Shown piece by piece: positions 1-8,233 of a DNA stretch of 32,000 bases. Source of the stretch: Delftia acidovorans NBRC 14950 (GTDB taxonomy: Bacteria > Pseudomonadota > Gammaproteobacteria > Burkholderiales > Burkholderiaceae_C); contig NZ_BCZP01000010.1 of NCBI RefSeq assembly GCF_001598795.1, positions 30,001 to 62,000 on the forward strand. The letters run 5' to 3'. A program made the position numbers and the translations under genes. The notes below the pieces were generated by a model. That model was not told the origin of the DNA. It did no database searches and saw only the letters and a list, made by a program, of their open reading frames with translations. Numbering within the stretch: position 1 is the stretch's first letter; each line of letters opens with the position of its first letter.

Positions 1-117
1 CAGCACGCGCATTTGCTGCGCAATGGCCGAGGGGCTCAGATCCAGCTGGCGAGCGGCCTCGGACATGGAGCCGGTGTCCACCACTCTCAAGAAATTGTGT
101 ATGTATCTCACGTCCAT
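1..117 (-). CDS. LysR-family transcriptional regulator, N-terminal 39 codons only (gene runs off the left edge)
   Basis: The reverse complement of 1..117 translates as MDVRYIHNFLRVVDTGSMSEAARQLDLSPSAIAQQMRVL, a typical LysR winged-HTH N-terminus. The ATG is at 117..115. The gene is divergent from the bug-pcaBC operon, the classic LysR arrangement. It is too short to appear in the ORF track. Confidence 0.75.
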   Translation of the reverse strand, partial: MDVRYIHNFLRVVDTGSMSEAARQLDLSPSAIAQQMRVL

Positions 118-217
118 TTCACACATTTTCTTGAATCACAACGCAGATGCAACTGCTGTTTTCCCAGGCTGCGCTGCACCACACTGCGTGACAACGACTA
201 TTTCAGGAGACAGACGC

Positions 218-1234
218 ATGGATTCCCGGCCCACCTCTCAAACCGCTCAAACCTCTCAGACCTCTTTGCCGCGCCGGATGTGGCTGTCCACCGCCGCCGC
301 CGCGCTGGCCGCCTGTGCGCTGCCGGCCTGGGCCCAGAAGCGCGGCAGCCGCCTGGTGGTGCCGTTTGCGCCGGGCGGCGGCAACGATGTGTTCGCGCGG
401 CAGATGGCGCATGGCCTCAACGAGTCCTTCGGCTACGGGATGATCGTGGAGAACAAGGCCGGCGCGGGCGGCAACCTGGGCACGGAAGCCGTGGTGCGTG
501 CGGCCGGCGACGGCAGCACCTGGCTGCTGGGCCACACGGGCACGGTGTCCATCAATCCCTCGCTGTATCCGGGCCTCAAGTTCAATGCGGCCACCGATCT
601 GCAGCCGGTGGCCATGTTCGCCTCGTCGGCCCTGCTGCTGGTGGTGCCGGCTTCCTCGCCCGCGCGCAGCGTGGCCGATCTGGCCGAGCAGATGCGCAAG
701 CGCAGCGGCGAGATGAACTACGCCTCCAGCGGCTCGGGCACGGGCGGCCACCTGACGGGCGAGATGTTTGCCCACGCTCTGGGCGCCAAGGCCATCCACG
801 TGCCATACAAGGGCACGGCACCGTCGCTGACCGACCTGGTGGGCGGCAATGTGGATTTCAGCTTCGGCGTGATTCCTGCGGCCATGGCCCTGGTCAAGGC
901 CGGCAAGCTGCGCGCCCTGGCCGTCACCGGCGCCAAACGCCAGCCACAGCTGCCCGACGTGCCCACGGTGGCCGAGTCCGGCGTGCGTGCGCTGGCCGAC
1001 TTCGAGAGCTCGCTGACCTACGGCATCCTCGCGCCCAAGGGCACGCCTGCCGAGACGGTGCGCGCGCTGGGGCGCGACATCCTCAAGGTGGCGTCTGCCG
1101 AGTCCTTCCAGTCGCGCCTGGGCATCGAGGGGGCCGTGCCGCTGCTGGGCGATGGCGCGCAGTACGCGGCCCGCATCCAGGTGGAGAGCGCCAAGTGGGC
1201 CGCCGTGATCAAGGCCTCGGGCGCCACGGCCTGA
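218..1234 (+). CDS. Bug-family (TctC-like) tripartite tricarboxylate transporter periplasmic solute-binding protein
   Basis: This lies within ORF 23..1234. An internal ATG at 218 is preceded by AGGAGA 8 nt upstream. A Tat-like signal is present (SLPRRMWLSTAAAALAACALPAWAQ). Bug-family motifs are present: VVPFAPGGGNDVFAR, YASSGSGTGGHL, HVPYKGTAPSLTDLVGG. An alternative start at 278 is possible. Confidence 0.85.
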   Translation: MDSRPTSQTAQTSQTSLPRRMWLSTAAAALAACALPAWAQKRGSRLVVPFAPGGGNDVFARQMAHGLNESFGYGMIVENKAGAGGNLGTEAVVRAAGDGSTWLLGHTGTVSINPSLYPGLKFNAATDLQPVAMFASSALLLVVPASSPARSVADLAEQMRKRSGEMNYASSGSGTGGHLTGEMFAHALGAKAIHVPYKGTAPSLTDLVGGNVDFSFGVIPAAMALVKAGKLRALAVTGAKRQPQLPDVPTVAESGVRALADFESSLTYGILAPKGTPAETVRALGRDILKVASAESFQSRLGIEGAVPLLGDGAQYAARIQVESAKWAAVIKASGATA

Positions 1235-1250
1235 GACCGGCAAGGACAGC

Positions 1251-2621
1251 ATGTCATTGGTAAAGGACTATCTGGGCCCCGCCGACAGCGGCCACTGGTT
1301 TGCAGACGCGCGCTGGCTGCAGGCGCTGCTGCGCTTCGAGAGCGCGCTGGCCCAGGCCCAGGCCGACTGCGGCCTGGTGCCCCGCCCGGCCGCCGAGGCC
1401 ATTGCGCGCGCCTGCGCGCAGGCGCCGCTCACGTGCGAAGGCGTGGTGGAGCAGGCGCGTGCCAGCGGCGCGCTGGGCCTGGCCGTGGTGCGGCCGCTGC
1501 AGCAGTGGCTGCAGGCCCACGCCCCCGAAGGCCTGCCCTGGCTGCACTGGGGAGCGACCACGCAGGACGCCGTGGACACAGCGCAGGCCCTGCTCACGCA
1601 GCAGGCCCTGCAGGCGCTGCTGGCCGAGCTGGGCGCGCTGCAGTCCGCACTGCAGGCCCTGGCCCGCACGCACGCGGCCACGCCCATGCTGGCGCGCAGC
1701 TTGCTGCAGCCCGCGCAGATCACCAGCTTCGGCTTCAAGTGCGCGCAGTCGGCTGCTGCCGTGGGCCGCAGCATCGAACAGTTTGAAAGGCTTGCCACCG
1801 CTGCGCTGTGCGTGCAATTGGGCGGCGCCGTGGGCAATGGCGCCGTGCTGGGAAGCCACCGTGCCGAGGTGGAGCAGGCACTGGCCCGGCGCCTGGGCCT
1901 GTCGGCCTGCGGCCGCAGCTGGCATACCCAGCGCGACGACTGGATGCGCCTGGCCATGGAGGCCGCCGTATGCGGCGGCAGCCTGGCCAAGCTGGCCAAG
2001 GACTGGTCGCTGATGTCGCAGTACGAGGTGGGCGAGGTCAGCGAGGCGCCGCGCGGCAGCACCTCCAGCGCCATGCCGCACAAGCGCAATCCCGTGCACC
2101 TGATGCAGGCGGTGGCACAGGCCCAGGCCGTGCCCCCGCTCGCAGCCCTGCTGCTGGGCTGCATGGCCCAGGCCCATGAGCGCGCGCTGGGCGAGTGGCA
2201 GGCCGAGGTCGCGCACTGGCCCGACCTGTGGCGCCATGTGCATGGCGCCGCCGCCGCATTGCGCCAGGCCGCACAGTCGCTGCAGGTGCATCCGCAGCGC
2301 ATGCTGGGCCATGTGCGGGGCCTGCACGGACTGGTGTTTTCAGAGGCTTGCGTGCACGCCATGGCACCCTGGACGGGCAAGCCCGAGGCCCTGGCCGCCG
2401 TGGAGCTGCTGGCCCCGCAGGCGCTGGAGCAGGGGCGCGAGCTGCGCCTGCTGCTGGCCGAATGGGCCGCGCCCCGCCTGGACGCAGCGGCCCTGCAAGC
2501 GCTGCAAGATGCGCTGGCCCGGGCCTGCGACCCGGCCCGCGCCGTGCAGGCATCGCATGATGCATGCCTGGCGCTGCTGGCAGCGCCGCAGACCCACGCC
2601 AATACCCATTCCCATGCTTGA
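1251..2621 (+). CDS. pcaB: 3-carboxy-cis,cis-muconate cycloisomerase (fumarate-lyase superfamily)
   Basis: The fumarate-lyase signature GSTSSAMPHKRNPV is present. The PcaB-like N-terminus reads WLQALLRFESALAQAQADCGLVP. An AAGGA RBS precedes the ATG. The gene starts 17 nt after the bug gene and is followed by pcaC. Confidence 0.8.
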   Translation: MSLVKDYLGPADSGHWFADARWLQALLRFESALAQAQADCGLVPRPAAEAIARACAQAPLTCEGVVEQARASGALGLAVVRPLQQWLQAHAPEGLPWLHWGATTQDAVDTAQALLTQQALQALLAELGALQSALQALARTHAATPMLARSLLQPAQITSFGFKCAQSAAAVGRSIEQFERLATAALCVQLGGAVGNGAVLGSHRAEVEQALARRLGLSACGRSWHTQRDDWMRLAMEAAVCGGSLAKLAKDWSLMSQYEVGEVSEAPRGSTSSAMPHKRNPVHLMQAVAQAQAVPPLAALLLGCMAQAHERALGEWQAEVAHWPDLWRHVHGAAAALRQAAQSLQVHPQRMLGHVRGLHGLVFSEACVHAMAPWTGKPEALAAVELLAPQALEQGRELRLLLAEWAAPRLDAAALQALQDALARACDPARAVQASHDACLALLAAPQTHANTHSHA

Positions 2622-2637
2622 TACAGGAACCCCCGCC

Positions 2638-3090
2638 ATGACCGAACCTTCCGCCGACGCCCTGCAGCGCGGCCTTGCCAACCGCCGCCGCGTGCTGGGC
2701 GATGAATGGGTGGACCAATCCGTGGCGCGCGCCAACGAACTGAATGTGGAGTTCCAGCGCATGATCACGGCCTATGCCTGGGACGGCATCTGGAGCCGCC
2801 CCGGCCTGGAGCGCCGCACGCGCCGCATCATGGTGCTGGCCATCACGGCCTCCATGGGCCGCTGGGAAGAGTTCGAGCTGCACATCCGCACGGGCCTGCT
2901 GGCCGACCCGGCCGATGCCGAGGCCGCGCCGCTGGATCTGGACACCATCCGCGAAGTGCTGCTGCAGACCGCCGTCTATGCCGGCGTGCCCGCAGGCAAC
3001 ACCGGCATGGCCATCACGCTGAAGATCCTCAAGGAGCTGGGGCGCACGCCCGCGCCGGCCAGCTTTCATCCACCCACAAACGCGACCTGA
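2638..3090 (+). CDS. pcaC: 4-carboxymuconolactone decarboxylase (CMD family)
   Basis: The product is MTEPSADALQRGLANRRRVLGDEWVD...WDGIWSRPGLERRTRRIMVLAI...EVLLQTAVYAGVPAGN, which fits the carboxymuconolactone decarboxylase pattern. An AGGAA RBS is present. The start is 17 nt after the pcaB stop. The upstream part of track ORF 2176..3090 overlaps pcaB and is discarded. Confidence 0.8.
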   Translation: MTEPSADALQRGLANRRRVLGDEWVDQSVARANELNVEFQRMITAYAWDGIWSRPGLERRTRRIMVLAITASMGRWEEFELHIRTGLLADPADAEAAPLDLDTIREVLLQTAVYAGVPAGNTGMAITLKILKELGRTPAPASFHPPTNAT

Positions 3091-3116
3091 CGCGACCTGA
3101 CGCGGCCTGAACGGAC

Positions 3117-4163
3117 TCAGGCGGCCGGCGGCTGTTCCTCGGCCGCAGCGCCCGGGTAGCGCGCAAAGCGCCGGTTCTCTGCGCCATGCACCGGGTCCTG
3201 CTCGGCCCAGGGCCATCCGCCGAACTGGGTGCGCCGGTAGTCCTGCATGGCCTGCATGATTTCCTGCTGCGTGTTCATCACGAAGGGGCCGTACTGCGCC
3301 ACGCTCTCGCCAATGGGGCGGCCCTGCAGCACCAGGCATTCCACGGCGTCGGCGCCGCTGTTGTGCAGCTCCCAGTCCTGCGTGGCATCCACATGCAGGG
3401 CCGCATGCCCGGCCAGCGCCGTGGGCCCGACCTGCAGTGCCTGGCCTGCAAAGAAATACAGCATGCGCTGCGTGTCCACGCCGGCTGCGCGCGGCAGCGT
3501 CCAGCGCGCGCCGGGCTCCAGACGCAGCGTCCAGATGGCCACGTCGCCCTCGGGTTGCGAGGCCCAGGATTCGGGCGGCGGCGGCAGGGCGGCCGCCGTG
3601 CCGGGCAGGCTGCCTGCGACCACGGTGACCACGGTCCTGCGGCCTGCGGCGTCTGCATGCTCCAGGCGCGGGATGCGCTCGTTCCAGAACATGGTGAAGT
3701 GCGGCTCCACCATCTTGGAGCGCGCAGGCAGGTTCAGCCAGATCTGGAACAGCTCCAGCGGATTGGGCGCGTCGCTGTTGAGCAGCGGGAACATCTCCGA
3801 ATGCTGGATTCCCTTGCCGGCCGTCAGCCACTGCACGTCGCCGCCGCCAAAGCGCGCGGCCGCGCCCAGCGAATCGGAGTGGTCGATCAGGCCCTTGCGC
3901 ACCATGGTCACGGTCTCGAAGCCGCGGTGCGGATGGCCGGGAAAGCCCGGCACGCCATCGCCGTGGTACATGGAAAAACCGTCCTTGCGGCTGAAGTCGC
4001 TGCCCATCTGGCGGCCCTCCAGGTCCACGGCCTGCACGCCCAGGCGGCCATCGCTGGGCGGATAGGCATCGTCATGGTGGGCACAGAACAGGAAGGGGTC
4101 CATGGTGGGCCACAGCGGGCCCAGCGGCTGGCTCTGGAGGACGGGGGTGGTGGCTGCGGTCAT
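3117..4163 (-). CDS. Pirin-family (bicupin) protein
   Basis: The pirin N-domain metal motif GFPGHPHRGFETVTMV is present, followed by the second cupin half. The internal ATG at 4163 is preceded by AGGAG. Confidence 0.85.
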   Translation of the reverse strand: MTAATTPVLQSQPLGPLWPTMDPFLFCAHHDDAYPPSDGRLGVQAVDLEGRQMGSDFSRKDGFSMYHGDGVPGFPGHPHRGFETVTMVRKGLIDHSDSLGAAARFGGGDVQWLTAGKGIQHSEMFPLLNSDAPNPLELFQIWLNLPARSKMVEPHFTMFWNERIPRLEHADAAGRRTVVTVVAGSLPGTAAALPPPPESWASQPEGDVAIWTLRLEPGARWTLPRAAGVDTQRMLYFFAGQALQVGPTALAGHAALHVDATQDWELHNSGADAVECLVLQGRPIGESVAQYGPFVMNTQQEIMQAMQDYRRTQFGGWPWAEQDPVHGAENRRFARYPGAAAEEQPPAA

Positions 4164-4295
4164 CGTGGCTCCTGTGAGGCTGCGCCCGCAAGAAAAAAGG
4201 GGGCGCTGCATTCTCGGACAGATGCGGCCCCCGCGCCCGTTTTGAAAGCCACCATGGCTGGGACAGTGCGGCCCAGGAATGCAACGCCCGCCGGG

Positions 4296-5018
4296 TCAGT
4301 TGCGCGGCGGCGTCACCAGGCCCTTTTGCACGGCCGGGCGCGCCACGAAGGCGGCCAGCACGCGCTGCAGCTCGGGAAAGCGCTCCCAGCCCAGCAGTTC
4401 GGCCGCGTTGTAGCCCTGCTCCACCACCATGTTGCGCACCCAGGGCCACAGGGCGATGTCGGCAATGGTGAACTGCTCGCCCATCACCCAGGCGCGGCCT
4501 GTGAGGCGGCGCTCCAGCACGCCCAACAGGCGCACGGACTCGTTCACGTAGCGGTCGCGCGGGCGCTTGTCCTCGAAGTCCTTGCCTGCGAATTTGTGGA
4601 AGAACCCCAGCTGGCCGAACATGGGGCCGACGCCACCCATCTGGAACATCAGCCACTGCAGCGCTTCATAGCGCGCGGCCGGGTCGGCGGGCAGCAGCGG
4701 GCTGCCGGACTTCTCGGCCAGGTAGACCAGGATGGCGCCCGACTCGAACAGCGCCAGCGGCTTCCCGCCCGGGCCTTGCGGGTCCAGGATGGCCGGGATC
4801 TTGTTGTTGGGAAAGGTGTCCACGAACTCGGACGAGAGCTGGTCATTGCTCTCGAAGCCCACGCGGTGCGCCTCATACGGCAGGCCCATCTCCTCCAGAG
4901 CGATCGACACCTTGACGCCGTTGGGCGTGGGCAGGGAATACAGCTGGATGCGGTCCGGCTGCGTGGCCGGCCACTTGCGCGTGACGGAAAAGGCGGAAAG
5001 CGGATTCTTTGGAGTCAT
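4296..5018 (-). CDS. Nu-class glutathione S-transferase (YfcG/YghU-like)
   Basis: The sequence IQLYSLPTPNGVKVSIALEE...NNKIPAILD...LFESGAILVYLAEK...LQWLMFQMGGVGPMFGQ...IADIALWPW closely parallels E. coli YfcG along its whole length. The start is taken at the internal ATG at 5018. Confidence 0.85.
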   Translation of the reverse strand: MTPKNPLSAFSVTRKWPATQPDRIQLYSLPTPNGVKVSIALEEMGLPYEAHRVGFESNDQLSSEFVDTFPNNKIPAILDPQGPGGKPLALFESGAILVYLAEKSGSPLLPADPAARYEALQWLMFQMGGVGPMFGQLGFFHKFAGKDFEDKRPRDRYVNESVRLLGVLERRLTGRAWVMGEQFTIADIALWPWVRNMVVEQGYNAAELLGWERFPELQRVLAAFVARPAVQKGLVTPPRN

Positions 5019-5160
5019 GGGGCACCTTGAAGGCTGGACGGGTTCGCCAAGAAATCGATGGCCGCTGCATCGTAACGTTCGGCGCCCAGCCATGCTTGGC
5101 ACGCTAAATAATGGCGGGCCCGGCCCTGCCGCCGGGTCATAACAATCAACGGAGACATGC

Positions 5161-6147
5161 ATGACAAGACATTCCACCCGCCGCCACGCACTGGCCCTGC
5201 TCGGCACCACCGCCGCCGCCTGGGCGGCCCTGCCCCTGGTCGCCACAGCGGCCGGCTACCCCGAGCGCCCCGTGACCGTGGTCGTGCCCTACTCGCCCGG
5301 CGGCGGCGTGGACATCATCACGCGCCTGGTCACGCCGCCCATGGCCGAGCTGCTGGGCCAGTCCCTGGTGGTGGACAACAAGCCCGGCGGCGGCACCAAC
5401 ATCGGCATGGGCGCGGTGGCACGCGGCGCGGCCGACGGCTACCTGCTGCTGACGGCGTCCAACACGCTGACCACCAACAAGGCGCTGTACGCCAAGCTCA
5501 ATTTCGATCCGCTCAAGGACCTCATCCCGGTGGGCCGCATCGGCGAGGCGCCGCTGGTCGTGGTGGTGAACGCCAAGTCGCCCCACAAGAACCTGGCCGA
5601 GCTGATCGCCGCCGGCAAGGCCAAGGCCGGCGCCCTGTCCTATGGCACGGCTGGCGTGGGCAGCTCGGGCCACATGGCCAGCGCCCTGCTGGAGCGCGCA
5701 GGCGGCTTCCAGGCCGTGCACATCCCCTACAAGGGCGGCTCGGCCGCCGTGACCGACCTGCTGGGCGGGCGGCTGGACTTCATGGCCATCAACCCGCTGG
5801 AGGTGGCAGGCCATGTGGGCAGCGGTGCGCTGCGCGCCCTGGCGGTGCTCAACCACAATGGTTCGCGCCTGCTGCCGGGCGTGCCCACGGCACGTTCGCT
5901 GGGAGTGAATGTGCAGGCCACCGTGTGGTGGGGCCTGGTGGCGCCGGCCGGCACGCCGCCGGCCGTGGTGCAGGCGCTGAACCAGGCTTTGAACAAGAGC
6001 CTGGCCCAGCCCGCCGTGCTGCAGAAGCTGGCCGACATCGGCGCATCGCCCATGGGCGGCACGCCGGCCGAGTTCGGCGCCTTCATTCAGGCCGAGAGTG
6101 CCGAGCTGGGCGAGGTGATTCGCGCCGCCAATATCCGCGCAGACTGA
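5161..6147 (+). CDS. Bug-family (TctC-like) TTT periplasmic solute-binding protein, second paralog
   Basis: Bug-family motifs are present: TRRHALALLGTTAAAWAALP signal, VVVPYSPGGGVDIITR, SYGTAGVGSSGHM, HIPYKGGSAAVTDLLGG. GGAGA lies 5 nt upstream of the ATG. The overlapping frame 5157..6236 is rejected. Confidence 0.85.
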   Translation: MTRHSTRRHALALLGTTAAAWAALPLVATAAGYPERPVTVVVPYSPGGGVDIITRLVTPPMAELLGQSLVVDNKPGGGTNIGMGAVARGAADGYLLLTASNTLTTNKALYAKLNFDPLKDLIPVGRIGEAPLVVVVNAKSPHKNLAELIAAGKAKAGALSYGTAGVGSSGHMASALLERAGGFQAVHIPYKGGSAAVTDLLGGRLDFMAINPLEVAGHVGSGALRALAVLNHNGSRLLPGVPTARSLGVNVQATVWWGLVAPAGTPPAVVQALNQALNKSLAQPAVLQKLADIGASPMGGTPAEFGAFIQAESAELGEVIRAANIRAD

Positions 6148-6174
6148 GGCGCGGGCGAAGGTGCGCCGCTGCGC

Positions 6175-6744
6175 TCAGCGCGGCGCGACGGGCTTCTGGA
6201 CCAGGGCCACGCTCAGGCCGTCCGGCGTCACCGTGATGGCGCCGGGCTCCATGTTCAGCGAGTCCATCAGGGCCAGTTCCTTGTCCTGCAGCTGGTAGAG
6301 CACGAGCTGGCCCAGCGCCTGCTCGGCCAGCGCGCTGGCGTAGGTGGTGAGCATGTCGCTCATGGCGGGCGCCAGATCATTGATGACCAGGCTGTTGACC
6401 TTGATCTGGTGGGCGCGCAGCGTGCGGTCCGTGGGCTCGTAGCGCAGCGCGAAGTCCAGGTTCAGATGGCCACCATAGCCCTGCTTGAGCACGGGCCCCG
6501 ACAGATCGGCCTGCAGCACCGCATTGAGCGCGTTGCGCTCGGGCAGCAATCCCAGCACCGGCGAATGCAGCTTGAGCTGCAGCATGCCGGCCACGGGGAA
6601 CTGCCGGGGAAAGCGCTGGGCCACCACCTCCTGCAGCCTTTGCCGCGAAACCGAGACATTCCCAGGTCCGGACTTTCCCGAACATCCGGTCGCGGCCAGG
6701 CTCCAGCCCGCTGCCACGACCATCAATAAAAAGCGGCGATTCAT
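6175..6744 (-). CDS. DUF1439 (YceB-like) lipoprotein
   Basis: The signal peptide plus lipobox reads MNRRFLLMVVAAGWSLAATGC. Length and layout resemble E. coli YceB. The family call rests on overall resemblance only. Confidence 0.6.
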   Translation of the reverse strand: MNRRFLLMVVAAGWSLAATGCSGKSGPGNVSVSRQRLQEVVAQRFPRQFPVAGMLQLKLHSPVLGLLPERNALNAVLQADLSGPVLKQGYGGHLNLDFALRYEPTDRTLRAHQIKVNSLVINDLAPAMSDMLTTYASALAEQALGQLVLYQLQDKELALMDSLNMEPGAITVTPDGLSVALVQKPVAPR

Positions 6745-7017
6745 CACGACAGCACAAGCCTCAGAAAGCCCGACACGAAACCCTGAAGCGCCATGCATGC
6801 CATACGCATGGCGCTATGTTTTTTGAGAGCGACATTGTCCCGCCAGGGGCTATTCCCTGTCCCTGCAGTGGGTGTTGCCCGGCACCTGCGCGCAGCCACT
6901 TCGAGAACGAAACGACATAGCAGCTAGTGCCCGCCGGACATAGGCAGTACCGGCTCCCATACGGAAACTCGGCCGCTCGCAAAGTTCCCGCCTTCCAGAA
7001 GAAATCAAGGAGACACC

Positions 7018-8094
7018 ATGAAGAAGAAGAACATCGCCCTCGCCCTGCTGGCCACAGGCTGCGCGGCCGGCCCCGCCCTGGCGCAGTCCACCAGCAGCGT
7101 GAGCCTGTACGGCATCATCGACGTGTCGGTGCGCGCGCAAAGCGGCCTGTCGGGCGCCAATGCGCCGGCTGCGGGCAGCATGGGCTCGGTCAACAGCGGA
7201 GTGGGTCCCACCAGCCGCTGGGGCATACGCGGCAGCGAGGACCTGGGCGGCGGCCTGCGCGCCATCTTCAACCTCGAATCCACGCTGGGCGCCGACGTGG
7301 GCGGCATCGGCGGCGTGGCCGGCACCTTCGACCGGGCGGCCATCGTGGGCCTGGCCGGCCACTGGGGCGCGGTCACGGCTGGCCGGCAGAACACGCTGAT
7401 CTCCGACTCCGTGGGCCTGGTCGATCCCATTGCCCTGCGCTTTGCGGGCCTGAACCCCAACATCCAGGTCACCAGCCTCACGGGCCATGGCCTCAACAAC
7501 GAATGGGGCGCCACCAACACCAAGGTGGGCTCCAACCGCGTCAACAACTCCATCAAGTACTCGGGCAGCTTTGGAGGCCTCACGGCGCGCGCCATGTACA
7601 GCTTCGGCGAGACCGGCGTGTCGGCCTCCCGCCTGGACACGCGCGGCCTGGGCCTGGACTGGCGCCAGGACGATCTGGTGCTGACCAGCGCCTACACCCA
7701 GTTCCACGACGCCAGCGGCCGCACGCTGGACGCCGCCAACATCGGTGGCGCCTGGAGCCGTGGCGACCTGCGCCTGATGCTTAACTACGGCCGCAACAAG
7801 GCCGAGACCAGCGACACCGCGAAAACCACGAACAAGATCCTGGCCGTGGGCGCACGCTATGCCGTCACGCCCGTCATCGGCCTGAACGGCGGCTACTACA
7901 AGGTGGACCGCGAGCGCACGGGCCAGGGCGACGACGGCTTCCAGCGCCTGATCGGCTTCGTGGACTACCAGCTGTCCAAGCGCACCAGCCTGTTCCTGGA
8001 GCTGGACACGACCAAGTGGAAGAACGGTTACCAGGGCGCAGGCAACAAGACACGCGCCAGCGGCATCAGCCTGGGTATCACGCATTCCTTCTGA
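7018..8094 (+). CDS. Outer-membrane general porin (Gram-negative porin family, Omp32/OmpC-like)
   Basis: The signal is MKKKNIALALLATGCAAGPALAQ, followed by SVSLYGIIDVSV. The product shows an alternating beta-strand pattern and ends in the terminal ...GISLGITHSF. An AAGGAGA RBS is present. Confidence 0.85.
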   Translation: MKKKNIALALLATGCAAGPALAQSTSSVSLYGIIDVSVRAQSGLSGANAPAAGSMGSVNSGVGPTSRWGIRGSEDLGGGLRAIFNLESTLGADVGGIGGVAGTFDRAAIVGLAGHWGAVTAGRQNTLISDSVGLVDPIALRFAGLNPNIQVTSLTGHGLNNEWGATNTKVGSNRVNNSIKYSGSFGGLTARAMYSFGETGVSASRLDTRGLGLDWRQDDLVLTSAYTQFHDASGRTLDAANIGGAWSRGDLRLMLNYGRNKAETSDTAKTTNKILAVGARYAVTPVIGLNGGYYKVDRERTGQGDDGFQRLIGFVDYQLSKRTSLFLELDTTKWKNGYQGAGNKTRASGISLGITHSF

Positions 8095-8116
8095 AAAGCC
8101 CTTCCCGTCCAGCTTT

Positions 8117-8142
8117 GCCGCGCCCTTGGGCGCGGTTTTTTT
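8117..8142 (+). terminator. Rho-independent terminator of the porin gene
   Basis: A GC hairpin (gCCGCGCCcttGGGCGCGG) is followed by a run of 7 T, 23 nt after the porin stop codon. Confidence 0.65.
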
Positions 8143-8233
8143 ATCTATTCATATATCCATTCATGGATTTGCATAAATCCTTGATTTTCAATAAATTAAC
8201 CCCTTGTTTCATCCATTCATGAATTGATTCCCC
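8143..8233 (+). promoter_or_regulatory. AT-rich promoter/operator region upstream of the HTH-HipA kinase gene
   Basis: Base composition drops sharply to AT-rich here. ATCCATTCATG occurs twice (8155..8165 and 8211..8221). Inverted repeats are ATCCAT-TC-ATGGAT (8155..8168), GGATTT-GCAT-AAATCC (8165..8180), and the perfect palindrome ATTCATGAAT (8215..8224), which ends 10 nt before the ATG. Confidence 0.4.

Noticed and set aside
23-217. N-terminal extensions implied by the track for several ORFs. Examples are 23..217 for the Bug gene, 2176..2637 for pcaC, 5019..5246 for the GST, 14107..14292 for sbcD, 19027..19158 for the SUKH gene, 30622..30837 for the SET gene and 11608..11856 for the acyltransferase.
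   Set aside because: In each case the conserved family N-terminus and/or a Shine-Dalgarno sequence sits at an internal start. The extension overlaps a neighbouring gene or an intergenic promoter.
118-217. Possible LysR T-N11-A operator in the LysR/bug divergent region (for example TTC-tt-GAA and GCAG-N6-CTGC dyads).
   Set aside because: The dyads are short and weak, and I cannot single out a convincing T-N11-A box by eye. Only the divergent arrangement itself is supported.
3186-5030. A 614-aa plus-strand ORF spanning the pirin and GST genes. The same reasoning covers 2038..3831 (minus, 597 aa), which spans pcaB, pcaC and pirin.
   Set aside because: Both cross several well-supported genes on the opposite strand and their intergenic regions. 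They have Arg/Ala/Gly-rich compositions and no recognisable domains.
5157-6236. An alternative plus frame (359 aa) overlapping the second Bug gene. The same applies to 13..1263 over the first Bug gene.
   Set aside because: The Bug-family motifs are in the other frame (5161..6147 and 218..1234). These frames are Arg/Gly/Pro-rich noise.
6850-8085. A 411-aa minus-strand ORF opposite the porin gene. The analogous antisense ORFs are 10498..11655 (opposite the acyltransferase), 20944..22260 (opposite the asparaginase), 23650..25320 (opposite PBP1A), 8141..8983 and 9412..10383 (opposite the HipA-like and DUF924 genes), and 12145..13053 and 13143..13670 (opposite the DTW and methyltransferase genes).
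   Set aside because: In every case the opposite strand encodes a protein with clear family motifs, a sensible RBS and a sensible start. These ORFs have none of those and show the compositional bias of GC-rich antisense frames.
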